DNA of 64,000 bases from contig JAAOMT010000067.1 of the NCBI GenBank assembly GCA_016748015.1, forward strand, positions 1 to 64,000. The letters are read 5' to 3'. This document shows positions 1 to 14,584 of the stretch, piece by piece. Every line of letters starts with the position of its first letter. Positions within the stretch are counted from its first letter, which is position 1. The position numbers and the translations under genes were made by a program. The notes beneath the pieces are model-generated. The model was not told the origin of the DNA. It saw only the letters and a program-made list of their open reading frames with translations, and did no database searches. Source of the stretch: Geosiphon pyriformis uo1. Lineage: Eukaryota; Fungi; Glomeromycota.

Positions 1-3000
1 AATTCTATGGCTTTGAAATCATAAAAATCCAAGTTTTTTTTCAAAAAACAGGCATTAAACCAAAAACTAAGCATAAATTCAAAACAACCAAAAGACAATA
101 CAGCACTTTATCATTATAATGTTTTTAAAACTTATTAAAAATATTAAACAATCTAACAGCCTTGTTATTTGGCAAATTTTCAATTATTCAAACCAATTTT
201 TTTATACTAATTTTATTTATAATACTAGAAAAACATTATTTTTTATATAGTTTAGCAGAAAGTATTAATAAAACTAAAATTCAGATATTATTTTAGAGAT
301 TTTATATTTTTTAGTTTAATCTTTTATAATATTATTTATATTAAATTTAATTTTACCAGATTTTAAAACCAGTTTTTCATTAATTACTAAATAATACAAA
401 ACAATTTTTTTAAAGAAACACTCTAATACATTTCTAATTATTTGGTCTTTGTTTGTGCAAAAAATTTTCATATGTTTTTTAATTGTTTTTTAATTTTTAC
501 TACTTTAATGATCTCAGATCTTTAAAGCTTAACAGTACAATAATTCTTTCTGGTATTTAACAGATGTTAAGCAATTTTTTAATTTTATTGCAGATCTGCC
601 TAAAAAAAATTTTCGTAGCACCAAATTCGTTAAATCTAAACCAAACTTGAACAAGATTATTAAATCCAACAGTATTATTTGAAGCAAAAGACTTAAAGAT
701 ATTGAAAACCAAAATTTTTAACTTATAAAACCTAAATAATTGCTTGTTTTTTGATATATTAATTTTATTAAACTAATACTTAAAAAACATTTCTTTTGCC
801 AACTTTGCTATTACAATTTTAAGAAACTTTTATATTAAGTTTAGATACTTTATTTTTTTTGTCTTTTAAAAATTTTCCAATATTAAAAACATTTATAAAG
901 ATGAAATATTTTTAAAATAGGTTTATTTTTTTTACCAGTTTTTTTAAACCCAAATTTCTATCAATTTTTGTTTGTATGCTTATAAGCAAAAATAAAATGT
1001 TTATTTACAAAACTTTCTAATTTAAGAAAAATTGAAACAATTTGATAATTAGTATTAAAATACTCAAACACATCAAAAACTCTACAATTTACTATTACTA
1101 TTAAAAAATGCTAATTAATTAATATGAAATCAATAATTTTTTTAACACCTTTTGAATTATTCTAAGTCAAAAACTTAACTAAAAGACTTTTAAAAAAAGA
1201 AATATGTAAACTTATACCAATGTATTTTTTGAAATTAATACTCTATTTTATTTTATTTTTATTAAAATTACTCTTTAATACTACATAAGTGCTAAAATTA
1301 ATTGCTTTTTTAACAAAAAATTTTATAACATTTGTCTAATTATATTTTTTACTCATTAAAATATTAACATAAAGTTCTAAATCACCACCAAAAATTATTA
1401 TTAAATAACAGATAAAAGACAAAAGTTAGCCAAAAATCTTAGAAATTTTATATACATATTAAATAAGAGTATTATTTATAATTATTGTCATATTTAAACC
1501 TAAATAATTAGACTTTAAACCAGAAACATAGATTTTTATACTTAAAAACTTGTTTTAATTTAAAGCCTAATCTGTTTTTTTAACTTTGTCTTAAAAATAA
1601 TAGAAATTAAATTGTTAGAATTCTTATGCTACTTAATAATATTAGTTTGTTTAGCCATATTGTTTATATTTTTGATATTATATGTTGTAAATTTTCAAAT
1701 AAAATTTATTATTGAGATAAAAAACTACTAAAAAACTTAAGCCAGTACACAAATAATCTAACTTTATTAAAACTAAGTTAATAGAAATCTTAAAAGCAAT
1801 TATTTTTGATTTCAATTTACTCATCTTGGTTATTAAAACTTTAAAACTGTTTAAATCTAGATCTGAAACTTTAGATGCTATTAACAGAGAAAAAAAAGAC
1901 AACTTTTGGGATTTATTTACAATTATATCCGAATTTAAACTTAAATTTATTACCAATAAAAAAGCTAAAACAAAAAATTAAAAAATAGAAGCCAAGAGCA
2001 TCAAGACCATATTATTTAGTTTGTACATAATACTAATTATTTAGTTAATTAGTAACTTCAATAAACATTTTAAAGAGATTAAATAAGCTTTAAAAGATAA
2101 AACATCTTGTAAAAAATATGGAATTTTATTATTACATAAAGCACTAAAAAAAAAGCCAAAACCAGAATCAGAACCAAAAAAAATATTAATAAAAACAAAA
2201 ATTAATAAGACTATCTAAACCCAAAATCTGTTACCAAAAGCAGCAGAATGCAAAATAAAAACATTTTTCTTGATATATAATTTAACCAATTGAAAACAGT
2301 TTTTTTCTAATACAGATTTTTTATATATCTTTAAAAAAAAAAACTAATATATCTAAGATATTATACTCTAAAACAGAATATTTAAGACACTTATATTTTT
2401 TACATTAAATTAAATTCAATTTTATCCAAAAAAGCTTAATATTATTCAAAATTAGCTTAATATAAAAAACTAACTCTAATTTTTTTCTGATTAAAAGTCA
2501 ATTACAATATAGCAAACTTTGTTGTTATTTTTAAATAATTAATTAATGATACAAGTTTTTTTGTCAATTTCTTTTAGTAAAATACTAAAATTATAAACTA
2601 TTGTTTTTACAGACAAAGTAAACAAAAGTGTTTTAAAACAATTTCTAAACATCTAAATATCATAATTTTTTATAGTTTTAGCTATATATATTAAATTTTT
2701 TTTAATCAAGAATAACTATCTAGATAATAACAGATTAGTTTGATTTAATTTAGCAAATTTTATTACAGTTTTTTGTTACAGTCTAATTGGCTACAATTAG
2801 ATTGATACTATTTGATTATATTTAATTACTGCAGTAATAATTATATTTTTAACATATTTATAAAATTTTTTTTGATTATTACAGTTTAATTTAAACAAAA
2901 TTCTTGTTTTTTAAGATTGTTGTTTATTTTAATGTTTTTTTTTAGCCAATAATATAGTCTTATTTATATTTTTTTCTAATGTAAATATAAATTTAATAAA

Positions 3001-6000
3001 TTTTTCAAATTTTAAAAGAGTAGTAGCCTTTCTAAAACCATTAATTATTAAAAAAAAATTTCTAATTATTTGAGTTTTGCAGTTGCCAATTTGCTTTTAC
3101 TGCTGAAAAATTAATATCTAATATAAAAGATTTCTTAACTATTATTTTTACCTAAGATTTAACAATTTTAAGATCAATTTATTTTCTGTTTAAAAAAATA
3201 TTGAGGAAAAATAGAAGAGATTTAATATTTTTTTCTATTTTAAAATTAAAAAAACCAAAAAAAAAATCATAATTCAAATTAGTATTTACTTTTTTAGCTT
3301 TAAAAATAATAGTAACTAAATACAAAAAACACTTATCATTAATGTTAGCTATAATATTACTGTTTTTACTATAACTAAATTCGTTGTTTATATTCAAATA
3401 TACACTATTATTAAAATTAAACTTAATCAAAGAAAATAAATCATTAGCAAAACCATAAAAAGTTTTTTTGAACATTTTTTTTTAAACATACTATCACTTG
3501 AAGCAGCTTTCAAGTTTATAATAAAAGAATTAGTAACTTAAAAAATATTAAAAAAAACAACAAAAAAAATAAAAAACTTTTTTTTTAAAAATAATGTTTT
3601 TTAGGAAATTTTAAAAAAAATTATAAAATTTTTTTGATTTTTTATATTAGTTATAAAAAAATAAATAATATATAAAACATATTAAATAATAATATTAAAT
3701 TTTATAAAAATAACTAAAAAATAAATATATAAATAACTAAAAATAAATGTATAAATATATTAAAAATAAACAAATTTTGCCAACTATTTTGATAAAATTA
3801 AAAAATTAAGTGTTTTTGGTTTAAATAATAGATAAATATTTATTAAATTAAGTTTAAGTAGCTAATTATATATAAAAAATATATAAATTAAATTTATAAT
3901 TAAATTTTTTAAAAATAAAAAAAACATAAAGCTTAATAAAATTATATTTAATTAAAACAAAAAAAATCAATAAAATTTGTTAAAATATAAATAATTTATA
4001 TTAATTTTAAAAAATTTACAAATAATATTAGAACTTTGTATAAAAAAAATTTTTTTTAAAAATATATTTTTACTAAAATTCAAATTTTTAAATAAGTAAT
4101 TTAATTTTTTTATATTTAAAATTCTGAAATAATTTATTATTATATTAGAAATTTTTTATTGTTGTAAACTGTTTAAAAAAAATAATAAATAGCAATTTTT
4201 TATTATATTTAAATTAAAAAAAATAAGTTTATAATAAAAATATATATATATAAATAATTTTTATAAGTTGTTTTACAATAAACAAAAATTAATTATTTTT
4301 AACAGCAAAATAAAATATTATTTAAATTAAAAAACCAGACATATTTTAAAATAAAATAATCAAATAATTTAATAATAATAATAATAATAATAATAATATA
4401 ATTAATTAATTAAATTTATAATTTATAATTATTAATTTAAAAAAAACAAATTTATTAAACATTAAAAAAAATAAAACTTTTAAATTATTAGTTTTTTAAT
4501 TATAAAATTGTGTTTTAATTATTAAATAACTTTATTAATTTTAAATTTTAATAAAAAAAATATTAAATTATTTTATATAAAATTTATATTTTAAAATTTG
4601 AAATATTATAGTTTATATTATATTTTATAATATTTTACTTCATATTTTTTTTGATAATTTTTTTGTTTTTACAAAGTATAATTTTTTTTATATTAAATAA
4701 TTTATAATTACTTTTATTATAAATATGTTATATTTTTATTATTATTATTATTTAATAAGTATAGTTTAATTATTATTTAATATACAGAAACAAATTAAGT
4801 AATCTTAATTAAACATAGCTTATTTGTTTTCTATATATGATTAGTTATTTAAACCAATTAAAACAATACTACATACTTATTTAAATCTTTATACAATTAT
4901 TTAAATCTAAAAAAAAACAAATCTTGTACAATTGAAAACTAACAGTAAAAAACTTAATAATACCAAGCAAATAAACTATCTTAGCTGATAAAAATCTAGA
5001 TAAACCATATGAAACTTTAGACAAAATTTTTATATTACTAATTAGCTTATTTTTTTCATATTTATCCTAAATTTTAATCTAATAATTATAATTTATACTA
5101 ATGTCTCTTAGCCAAACAATAAACAAAATCAATTATTATTAATACAAACTTTTTTATTATTAAAAACCAATATTGTTTTATTAATTTATTTTCTGAAAAC
5201 AAACTATATAAATATTCATATTCAATATTTCTAAAAAAAAATATATAGCACTAATAAAAAAAACATAAAACAAACTTTTATTAAAGACTTCTACAGTTTA
5301 ATATGTTTATATAAAATCTTAAAACATATAAAAACATTTTTTGGACAAGTAAAAGCATAATTAAACAGTTTAATATTAATATATATTAAGTATAATACAG
5401 TCAAATAATTTCTGTTATAAAGTTTTTTCTTAATTACAACCAGCAATTTCTTATAAATTGTTTTATTAAATATATATAAAAGACAATTGATGCCCAATTA
5501 ATAAAACCAAAAAGCATATAAGAGTTCAGATATCAGACTAAAACAGTACAAGTTTAGTCTATGTTTCAAATAAAAAAACCATCCAAAATCTCTGTATTAA
5601 AACTCATTTCTTATTAAGTACAATAAACAGTCTAATAAATATTATAAATAGAATAATAGTCATTACTTAATATAATTAAATCATTAGCTATAATAAATTT
5701 TTTTTAAATTCCAATAAAAAGAACTAAATAAAACTGTGCTGTATAATATACCAAAATATTAACAAAGTTGTTATTTGTGTTTCCTAAATAACTCTTGATC
5801 TTTATTTATTTTACAAAAATATTTTTTAACTTTATTAAATTAGCCATGTTTATATATTTATATATTTTTTATTTTTTTATAAAATATTATTTTTTTTGCA
5901 GTAATTTATATATAACACAATTTATTATAACTAATTACAATTAAAAACTAATTTTTAAAATCATAAATATTTAAAAAATAAACTTTATATTTATTTTTAA

Positions 6001-7441
6001 ATTAATTAATTAATTAGTAATTATCTTAAAAATATGTTGAATTTGAATTTTTTAATATAATAAACATGTTTAATATTTATAACAAAATTTATTTTGGCAG
6101 TTACAAAAAAAATGACTGAATTTATTAAAAATTTAATTTTTTTAAATTTTACCAGATTAAATAGATTTAATAATTTTAATTTAAAACAATAAAAATTGTA
6201 TAATATTAGAAAAATAATAATTTTAATATAAAATATTAAATCAATAAATTAATTTATAAAAATTTTGGATATATAATAAAAACTTTATTATTTTAATTAA
6301 ATAACATTATTTATGTTTTAAAAAATTAAAAAATTTATACAACATGTTTATATTTAACAAAAATATAAAGTATAAAATATTTTTTTATAATGTTTTAACT
6401 AAATAAGATTTTTTTATTATTTATTTTATCTATAAACTGTAACTATAAACATAAATAATATGTTTTTAATATGTAATTATCTACTTAAACTTTTATTATA
6501 TAAAGTCAACTTTATTTATATTACTAATTACAAAAAAATTTTCAATAATGTTTTTTACAAATCAATTAATTTTTAATATGAATATATTATTTTTTGTAAT
6601 TATTTTATTTATTAACAAATTATTGTTGGTTAAATAAACAATAATTTATTATTTTTAAAACTATTATTATTTAATATTGTAATTTTGTTTATATATATTT
6701 TTCATACTATATTTTTTTTGTTAGCAATTTCTTACTTTTGCAATTATTTTTTTATTTTTAATTACTGTAAATTCTAAATTTAAATTATTGTTATTATATT
6801 AATATTAAAAATATTTTTAGTATTATTAAATTTAATTATAAAAATTTTCTGATATATGTGTTTCTTTTTAATGACCTTAATCGTTGATATTATTTTATTT
6901 ATATAATAAAAATAGTAGTTGTCAATATTAATATTCAACTTCACCAAGATTTGAGTATTTTAAGTAAAATTAATTGAAATTTGGCAAAATCAAAGTGAAA
7001 GTTGAAATGATAAAACCCAGAATAGCATTATCCAAAAATGTATAAAACAATTTCTTTTATTCAAACCAGCTTCGTAGCCCAATTTTGTTTGATTTATGAA
7101 TCATTAAATTTGCCTATCTTCATTGAAATAAGGAAACGGAGTGTCAACGACATCAAACTCAAGTTTTGAAAAAGGTTGGTGGGGACGCAGAACATTGACA
7201 TTCGCACACGGCAAAAAGTAATTGATTGGAAAACGGGTTGGAGGAGGCCAAATATGGCAAAGTGATAAAGGCGAAGAAATTTATTACATAACATCTTAGG
7301 GATGACGTTACAAATTTGTTACACTCCCAAATTAATAGATTCTATGATAGTACATTATGTAAAAGAAAAAACATCTTCCTGAATTGATAATCTACAAAAT
7401 AAAGTTCTAAGTGGTGGCTTTATAATCATTAACTTTTCTTT

Positions 7442-9700
7442 TCATTCTAACTTGGACTTTTTGTAAGATGTACCATTTCTTCCCTTTCTAATCTCTTCTT
7501 TTTCTTCATCAGCATCATGATCAACATGAATCAAGGGATCTTTTTCAACGACCTGTGAAGTTCTGTGATTACTTAACTTCATATAAGCTGGTTTTGGACT
7601 CGGCAGCGATTGATCTATCACAACTCGAATAGTAGAGAGAATGTAACCACCACCACCAGTTGTAGACATTTCCGGGTGAGTACGGCCGGGTAATACCTGA
7701 GTTTTTGTAGGAAAAGGTCAATAAAAAGAACATGTAACTAACAGCAAAGAGGTTTGATAAAAATTTGCAGAAAATTTAACCTGATAATTACGCAGCCAAC
7801 TTTCAGATATCTGTGGATTTAAATAATGTTTGACGATACGCATGTGAACGCATGTGTTTACCAAAACCTTTTTGAATGTAAAGAGGGCTCAATAAGCAAA
7901 AGTCACATGGTGAGAAATCAACTTCTGGAGCCCTAACCTCTTTATTGGTGTGATAAATAACTATTGGACGGGAACCAGCAATATATGGGATCAAAGTTTC
8001 TAATATCGATTCATGTTGATACTGACTGGCAATAATCAAGCTAGATTTGCATAGAATGGAAAATCGGTGTGGTAAATAATATGAATAATTATGTGTCAGC
8101 AAATCGAGGACCACCAACGAAATTGAATCTACCCATCAAATCCGCCTTCCCAAAGAAGTTGTTGTGTTTCTTTTAATTTATAGTGAGCCGCTTTTCTCCG
8201 TAGATATCCTTTTAAATCATTTTCGGAAAGGGTTGATTCATCTTGTGAATCGAAAGCGACTATAAAAATAAATTGTCAAAACCAAAATATTAAAGTAAAG
8301 AGATTAATTAATTAATAAATGAGAGCTACCTTCTTCTTCTTCATCCTTCAAAACTTGCTGCCATGAAAGCACCCTGAGAGAATTATTAATATTTTGGGTG
8401 AAATTCATATAGCGTACTACATCATAGTTATGATTCTCGTTATCATGTATTCCCAAAACGACACCGAAACCTGATAAAGATGATAAAATATTTTTGTGTT
8501 GAGTTAAGCACGATTGAAGAAATCAATTTATCTTTTTAATTTCCTTGAACTTTGAATATATACCACCCATTCTCTCCATAACACCTGATATCACCAACCC
8601 CTGTGTATCATCAACCACTAATAATTTTATGTTTGCACGAACATTAGCTGAAGTCAAAAGTTGAGACAATGTGTCGATGCGCAGATCCCTTTAATTTTTT
8701 AGAAGAAATGTTTAAATTCATGGATAAATTTGGAAGCAAGCAAATTTTCCAATTGAAAAGATACCTTATCTTTCCAGGATTTTTTCGAAAAAAATATTCC
8801 CAAACTGAATATAGTGTCGGTCTCAAAGGAGTGAACACTTTGGAAAATCTAATTATTAATGATAGCTATATTCTTTATTGCCCAAATATTTCATTGGAAC
8901 AACCAACCAAATATTTATCACTTACTTTGCTTCCTTCCTTTTAATGTATTTCGCCTTTGAATACTCTGTTTTTTGCTCGAAAGCCGAATGACTTTCTACA
9001 ACTTTTTTTATGATTTCCTGTAAATTCATCAGGAAAGGTCGTAAAGTTATAGGCTGGGACAGAAAAAACAAATTGCTCAACTCATCTACAATACCTGACC
9101 CTCAATTCCTTCACTTTTTAATTTCTCAATATCTGTATAAGATAGCTTTTGTGTTGAAGGATCGTCGATAATATCGCGATTATTTGCGTCGGTCTCATCT
9201 TATAAAGGGATCAAATATCCTTTTAATTCAATGAAAAAACCGAATTAATGGGATTAACTACTTACCAACTTCGGTATATGCAACATTTCGTATCACTTTT
9301 ACTCTATCCCCATCGTATATTTCATACGAGTGACCAAATTGGCGTCCAATAATATCGTTACTATGAAAAGTTCCAAACTTGCCAAGTGATATTTTTCTTT
9401 GGTCATAGAATTGTGAGCCACAAGATGGGAGAACAAGGCTGATTCATTCAAAAATAAAGAACTGGACGAAGACAAGTATTTGAAGAGCTGGATACACACT
9501 CACGTATCCTTCTGAAGTTTTACGACTTTTACGTTACCACTCGGCATCTGAATGAATACATATTGATTTTCGCAGATCAAGGTTTCCTCTTCGTCTCTAT
9601 CTTCTAACGAAGAAAGCAATTTTAAGGTTTGTGGGGCAGTTTTTGTAGTTCTGCTACTTTCGTTTTTTACTTCACTGACAAGATCTCCCAAGGAAGTCAT
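7442..9700 (-). CDS. TRM6: tRNA (adenine(58)-N1)-methyltransferase non-catalytic subunit (Gcd10/Trm6), 11 exons, ~481 aa
   Basis: GT-AG exons 9700-9504, 9396-9266, 9198-9095, 9017-8926, 8848-8765, 8688-8564, 8470-8330, 8259-8133, 8040-7938, 7867-7781, 7696-7442 join in frame (1446 nt). Trm6 hallmarks: ISLGKFGTF, NNRDIIDD..QKLS, FEQKTEYSKAKYIKRK, LRIDTLSQLL..ANV, SRPIVIY, ESWLRNYQVLPGRTHPEM..GGGYIL. Confidence 0.95.
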
Positions 9701-10094
9701 TGTTTGTTTTTGTAGGTTAAAGGCGAACTTGGTTAAATTTTTTTTATGCTAACGATTACGATCTCTGATTGGCAACTTTGATTGTTTGTATTTATCATAA
9801 ATTATAATGTTGCACTCAATTTTTAAAGGTTTGATAAAAGACGACGACGCAGTAGATGTGACTTCGGCTGATAGATCAAATTCAGTTTTCAGTAGTGTCG
9901 ACCAAAATGGGGGTTGGTAGTTTCATATGATTATCTAGTCCAGTGACTTGGATGTCGGAACGTTTGAACATTTATTAGCCTCGATAATCAACTCGCTATT
10001 GAATTTATTTTAAATTGTTTGATATGGTTTTTGGCAAAGAATTCTATTATTCAAAAATATAACATTACGATCAATAGAATTTAGATTCGGACTA

Positions 10095-10300
10095 TACGAC
10101 TTGTATGTTTGGGATTGTTATATTGTTGAAAAAACCACTTCTTTTCAAGTATCTTATTAACTTTTCCAAAATGCTGTTGGAAAATTTCAAATATAAATTA
10201 GTATCCACATGATACGCCGGAAAAAAAATAAACTAGGTTTTCCCTTCGTGTAAAAGCCAAAAATTTTTGTAAAAGTATTTAAACTCTAAACATGAAATTT
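10095..10300 (+). repeat. ~200-bp dispersed repeat, copy 1 (copy 2 at ~23685-23910)
   Basis: cacttctttt.aagtatcttattaa..atgctgttg.aaaat.tcaaatataaa..catgatacg..aaaaaaataaa.tag.ttttcc.ttcgtgtaaaag shared by both loci in the same orientation. Confidence 0.8.
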
Positions 10301-11476
10301 ATTATTTAACAAGAATCAAATTCAATGATGAAATCAAAACGTCCTCATTCTCAACTATCCAATACCCATCACATATACATTCTATAAACTCATTTACTTG
10401 CAGTCTATATATATTCTGCCTCATTTTCTATTGGTGTCTGAATAATTTTAGGCATTTCAATTAGCTTGCAACCTTTACACAGCTCCCAAGCTAGTTTCCT
10501 CAACCATTTGTCGAAATTCTTCCCAAACATTGGTTGTCAACAATTTGTGTTAGAATTAGAATCAAAGAAGTGTTAATGGAATATATGTCAACAGAAAAGA
10601 AGATAATATTAGAAAAATATACAGTAACATTTTTGTATTGTCAAGCTTGCCTTTTTCAATTTTTATATTAATAGCTATGATTTCACCAACAATCGACTTT
10701 TGAATAGGAATTCGCATAATATAGAGATGTGTTTTTGACAAAAGTTTAAAAGTAATCTTTTTGAAATCCATAAGTTTCTTATTATTATCAAGTTTAAAGG
10801 CTTTATAGCATGTTCCAATAAAACCAGATTCTTTAGTTGTTGTTTTTTTGAATTTATTGAAATAACTTGCAATAAAAAAGTGAATGCAGATGAATTCAAA
10901 GAAATTAATTTTTTGTATTTTTAATATAATTACATTTAATATATAACAAAAAATTCAGAAACAAGACAAATGACAATAAATATCATAAACACCCAATTTT
11001 TATTTTCTTTATATATAACAACAATAACCAATTAATTACATGTTACTAGATAATAAATTTTGAATAATTATATATGTATTATATGCACTGTACACAGAAT
11101 AATAATATTATTTTATTCATTTTACTTGATTTTTGAATCGTTTTTAATGTTTGACTATTATATTGCTATTTTCTCTATTTAAAACAAAATATACACAGTT
11201 ATAACTATCCAAAAAGATTGTTACATTAAATAAAAATGTTTAACTTGAAAATTTTTAATAATCAAAGTTTAATAATATTTAAAATATTTAATTTCATATA
11301 ATGATTACTAATAAAATTATTTTGAATTGATTTTGTTAAATATTTGTGTTTTTTAAAAAAATCACAAAAATTAAAAATCAATTATTAAAACACATTAGAT
11401 TAATTTTGTTTATTTATAAAAAAATTTATTTATTTAAAAGTGGTATAATAAATAACAACAACAAAAACAACAACAA

Positions 11477-11555
<79 letters not shown>

Positions 11556-11871
11556 TAAAATATTGTAAATAATTAGTTTTGTTTTTAATAATAATTATTT
11601 ATATAAAATTTTATTAATAATTAAATATATATTTTTTGTATTATTTAAGATACTTAATTTTTTACTTATTTTCATAATTTTTTGGATTTTTTGAAATAAA
11701 TTTATATATTAGTTTTTTTTTTTTAAAAAAAAGAATCGAATAAATTAAATTTTAATATTTTAATTAGTTTGAATATTTTAATAGTTTTTTTTTCTTTTCA
11801 TGAAAAAAAAACATGGATTGATTGATTTATTGATTAATAAATAAATATAATATTATATATATATTAAATTA

Positions 11872-11902
<31 letters not shown>

Positions 11903-12596
11903 TTATAAATTTATTTTGTTTATTATTTTTAATTTTTTTTTTAAATCTTATGTTATTGTTATTATTGTATTTGAATGAATTAAATTCCATTTTACTTGTT
12001 ACATAAAGTTTGGTAAAATAATAATAAAACAAAATATTATTGTTTATCTGTGTTTATTCTAAACATTTGTTATTATGTAAAATAATTAAAATAATGTAAT
12101 GAATTTTTATTTAAAATTATTCAAAAATTTCATCATTTGATTTAATATAAAGTCAAAGAATGAATGTTTCTTGAATAATTTTTGTTTTTAAAATTTTTTT
12201 TTAATCTCATTGATTAGTATTAATAATTATTGACAACTATTGAAAACTATTAAAACATAAATTTGACAATCTAAATATTAAAACAAAGCAAAATCTTGAT
12301 TAAATATCTAAATGAAAAATTCCCTTAAAATTTGCCAAAGTTGGTGATAAAATAATTGAATTAACCAAAGATTTAAATATTTTATTAGTTATGTTACAAA
12401 ACGTTAAACAAATATTTTAGTTTAAAGTTGGTCTAGAAATTTACTGGTTTCATTAACTGTGGTTAAATTAAATTAATAATAAGAATAATGAAAAAATACA
12501 TGATCATGTTTGTATTATACATAATAGTGTGAATTATAAGAAATAGCAATAATATTCTGAGTCGATTGATGAAAGATATCTAGAATCCGATTTGTT

Positions 12597-14048
12597 TTAA
12601 GTATGACTGAAATTGAAAAAATTCTCACAAGATCCAAAAGACGTTCCAAAATAAGGACCAAAATGTGAATTATCACCTAAACCGTCCGTCCCAAGATTGC
12701 ATTCCTGCAAAAGGAAAATATTTTATTTTAAAAATATTATTTTCATCACTAGTCTAAAATCAAATCAAATCAAATCAAATCAAATCAAATATCATCAAAA
12801 TATCATAATTATCATCATCATCATCATCATCATCATTGTCAAAACCTACCGAGCTTTCTCCATACCAATCTTGATCACGCTCGAAAAATCCTGGGCACTC
12901 ATAAACATCCTCAGAAAACTCTTTATTTTCTTCATGTTGACAATCACAATTTTTTGGTATGATCCAAAATTCTCGTTCAGTGTGTACATAATTTATACCG
13001 GTGGTTGATGATTTAGGGAAATGTGGTGCAAAATCGTTAGAATGAGTAATCCTGTGGATTACGATATCTTTTCTCAGATTCATGGTAATTGCGAATTGAG
13101 AATTTCCAGCCCTTGGTGCTCCGTAAGTGTAAACATTTATTTGATAATTTGGCTTCATTAAAAGCATGTTCAAATGATCAATTAATAAGAGACCGAAAAT
13201 TTGGGCATATACTAAAAATATAAAATTCCAAAGTAAATTCAGTGATATAGTGAAAATTTTTGAATATGAGATTTGAACGAACCTCCCCCAACTCCATGAC
13301 CTGTCAAATTTATATATATTTTTTTCTTGAAACCTTGCTTACGTATAATTTCTCCTATATGCCTCATAGTTTTAAAGGCAAATTTTTCACTGACATGAGG
13401 TGTCAAACTTTCACGCCATCGAGAGTCCACGTGAAGCCTTTTTTTATTTAACATGAGTTTTGAAAGTTCAAAATTGGCTTTATCTAATAGATTTCTTCTA
13501 ATCTCAGGCCCTGAAAATTGAATTTTTATGAATATAGATGAAAAATGGATAAAAAAAAAAAAAACTGGTGAACAGTAAATTTATTTTGTCATTTACCTCG
13601 AAAGTAACCTATAATGTCCAAGTAATTAAATTGTTTTGGACCTTTTTCAATATCTCCTAGAAAAAAAATTTTTTTTAATGGTTATAAATTGAAGATAAAA
13701 AGCATTAATTACTTTGAGAAAAATTCATTTACCAATTATTTCCATTTCATTTATTTCTAGTTCTGAAGCATTAACACAATAAGGTTTGTTTGCATATTGA
13801 GCCATAAGATCAAATTGCATATCTTGAATTAATTCATTCTCTAAATATAATTTTGAAGGTGAATTTTTTTTGTCATTAAAATTTTTTTCTGAACTTATTC
13901 GAAATATTTCAAAGGGAATAAATTTTAAAGGGCTATTTAGTTTATAATTTATTTTTGGATCTTTTGATTTATTAATATTTTTTGCATCGAGTAAGGATAA
14001 GAATAAAAATAAGAATGTGATAATAAGTATCAATAAAATAAGCACCAT
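12597..14048 (-). CDS. Secreted class-3 (fungal) lipase-like protein, 5 exons, ~357 aa; nucleophile Ser replaced by Gly
   Basis: Exons 14048-13733, 13656-13597, 13510-13283, 13211-12850, 12704-12597 join in frame (1074 nt). Hydrophobic N-terminal signal; YA..PYC, YFRG, LTGHGVGG, VYTYGAPRAGN, RITHSNDFAPHFP, YVH..REFWI, H.GPYFG motifs of Lipase_3. Confidence 0.85.
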
Positions 14049-14342
14049 AATATTCAAAATTTTTGAAAAGATTATTAAAGTTCAATTTATGAATTCTTTT
14101 ATGAAATCTTTTTTTTTTTTAATATAACATATCGATTCCTTCTTGGAATGCGGTAAACTTTTTTTTTATTTTGATAAATTTTGATAAGTGTAAAAAAACG
14201 TTAAATCTGGTTTATTTGTTTTAGAGAATCTAATTTTTTTTTACATAATATTCGGGAATTCGAGGTTTACCGAAAAAAGTTTAACCATATTTAGTAAATG
14301 TATTTGATATGAATACCCCCCGGTAAAGCTAGAATAAATAAC

Positions 14343-14405
<63 letters not shown>

Positions 14406-14525
14406 GCAGGATGATAAAAACCGTGAACAGGATTCCAAAAAATAAATATTTCGCAATCCTTAACAAGAATTCACGAAGTGAGTGAAAACACATTACAGGA
14501 CAAATTCCAATTAAATAATAATAAT

Positions 14526-14584
<59 letters not shown>

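Noticed and set aside
7090-7300. Possible kinase Gly-loop relic (VGGG/YGKVIKAK) on the + strand
   Set aside because: Requires a frameshift and no other kinase motifs are visible.
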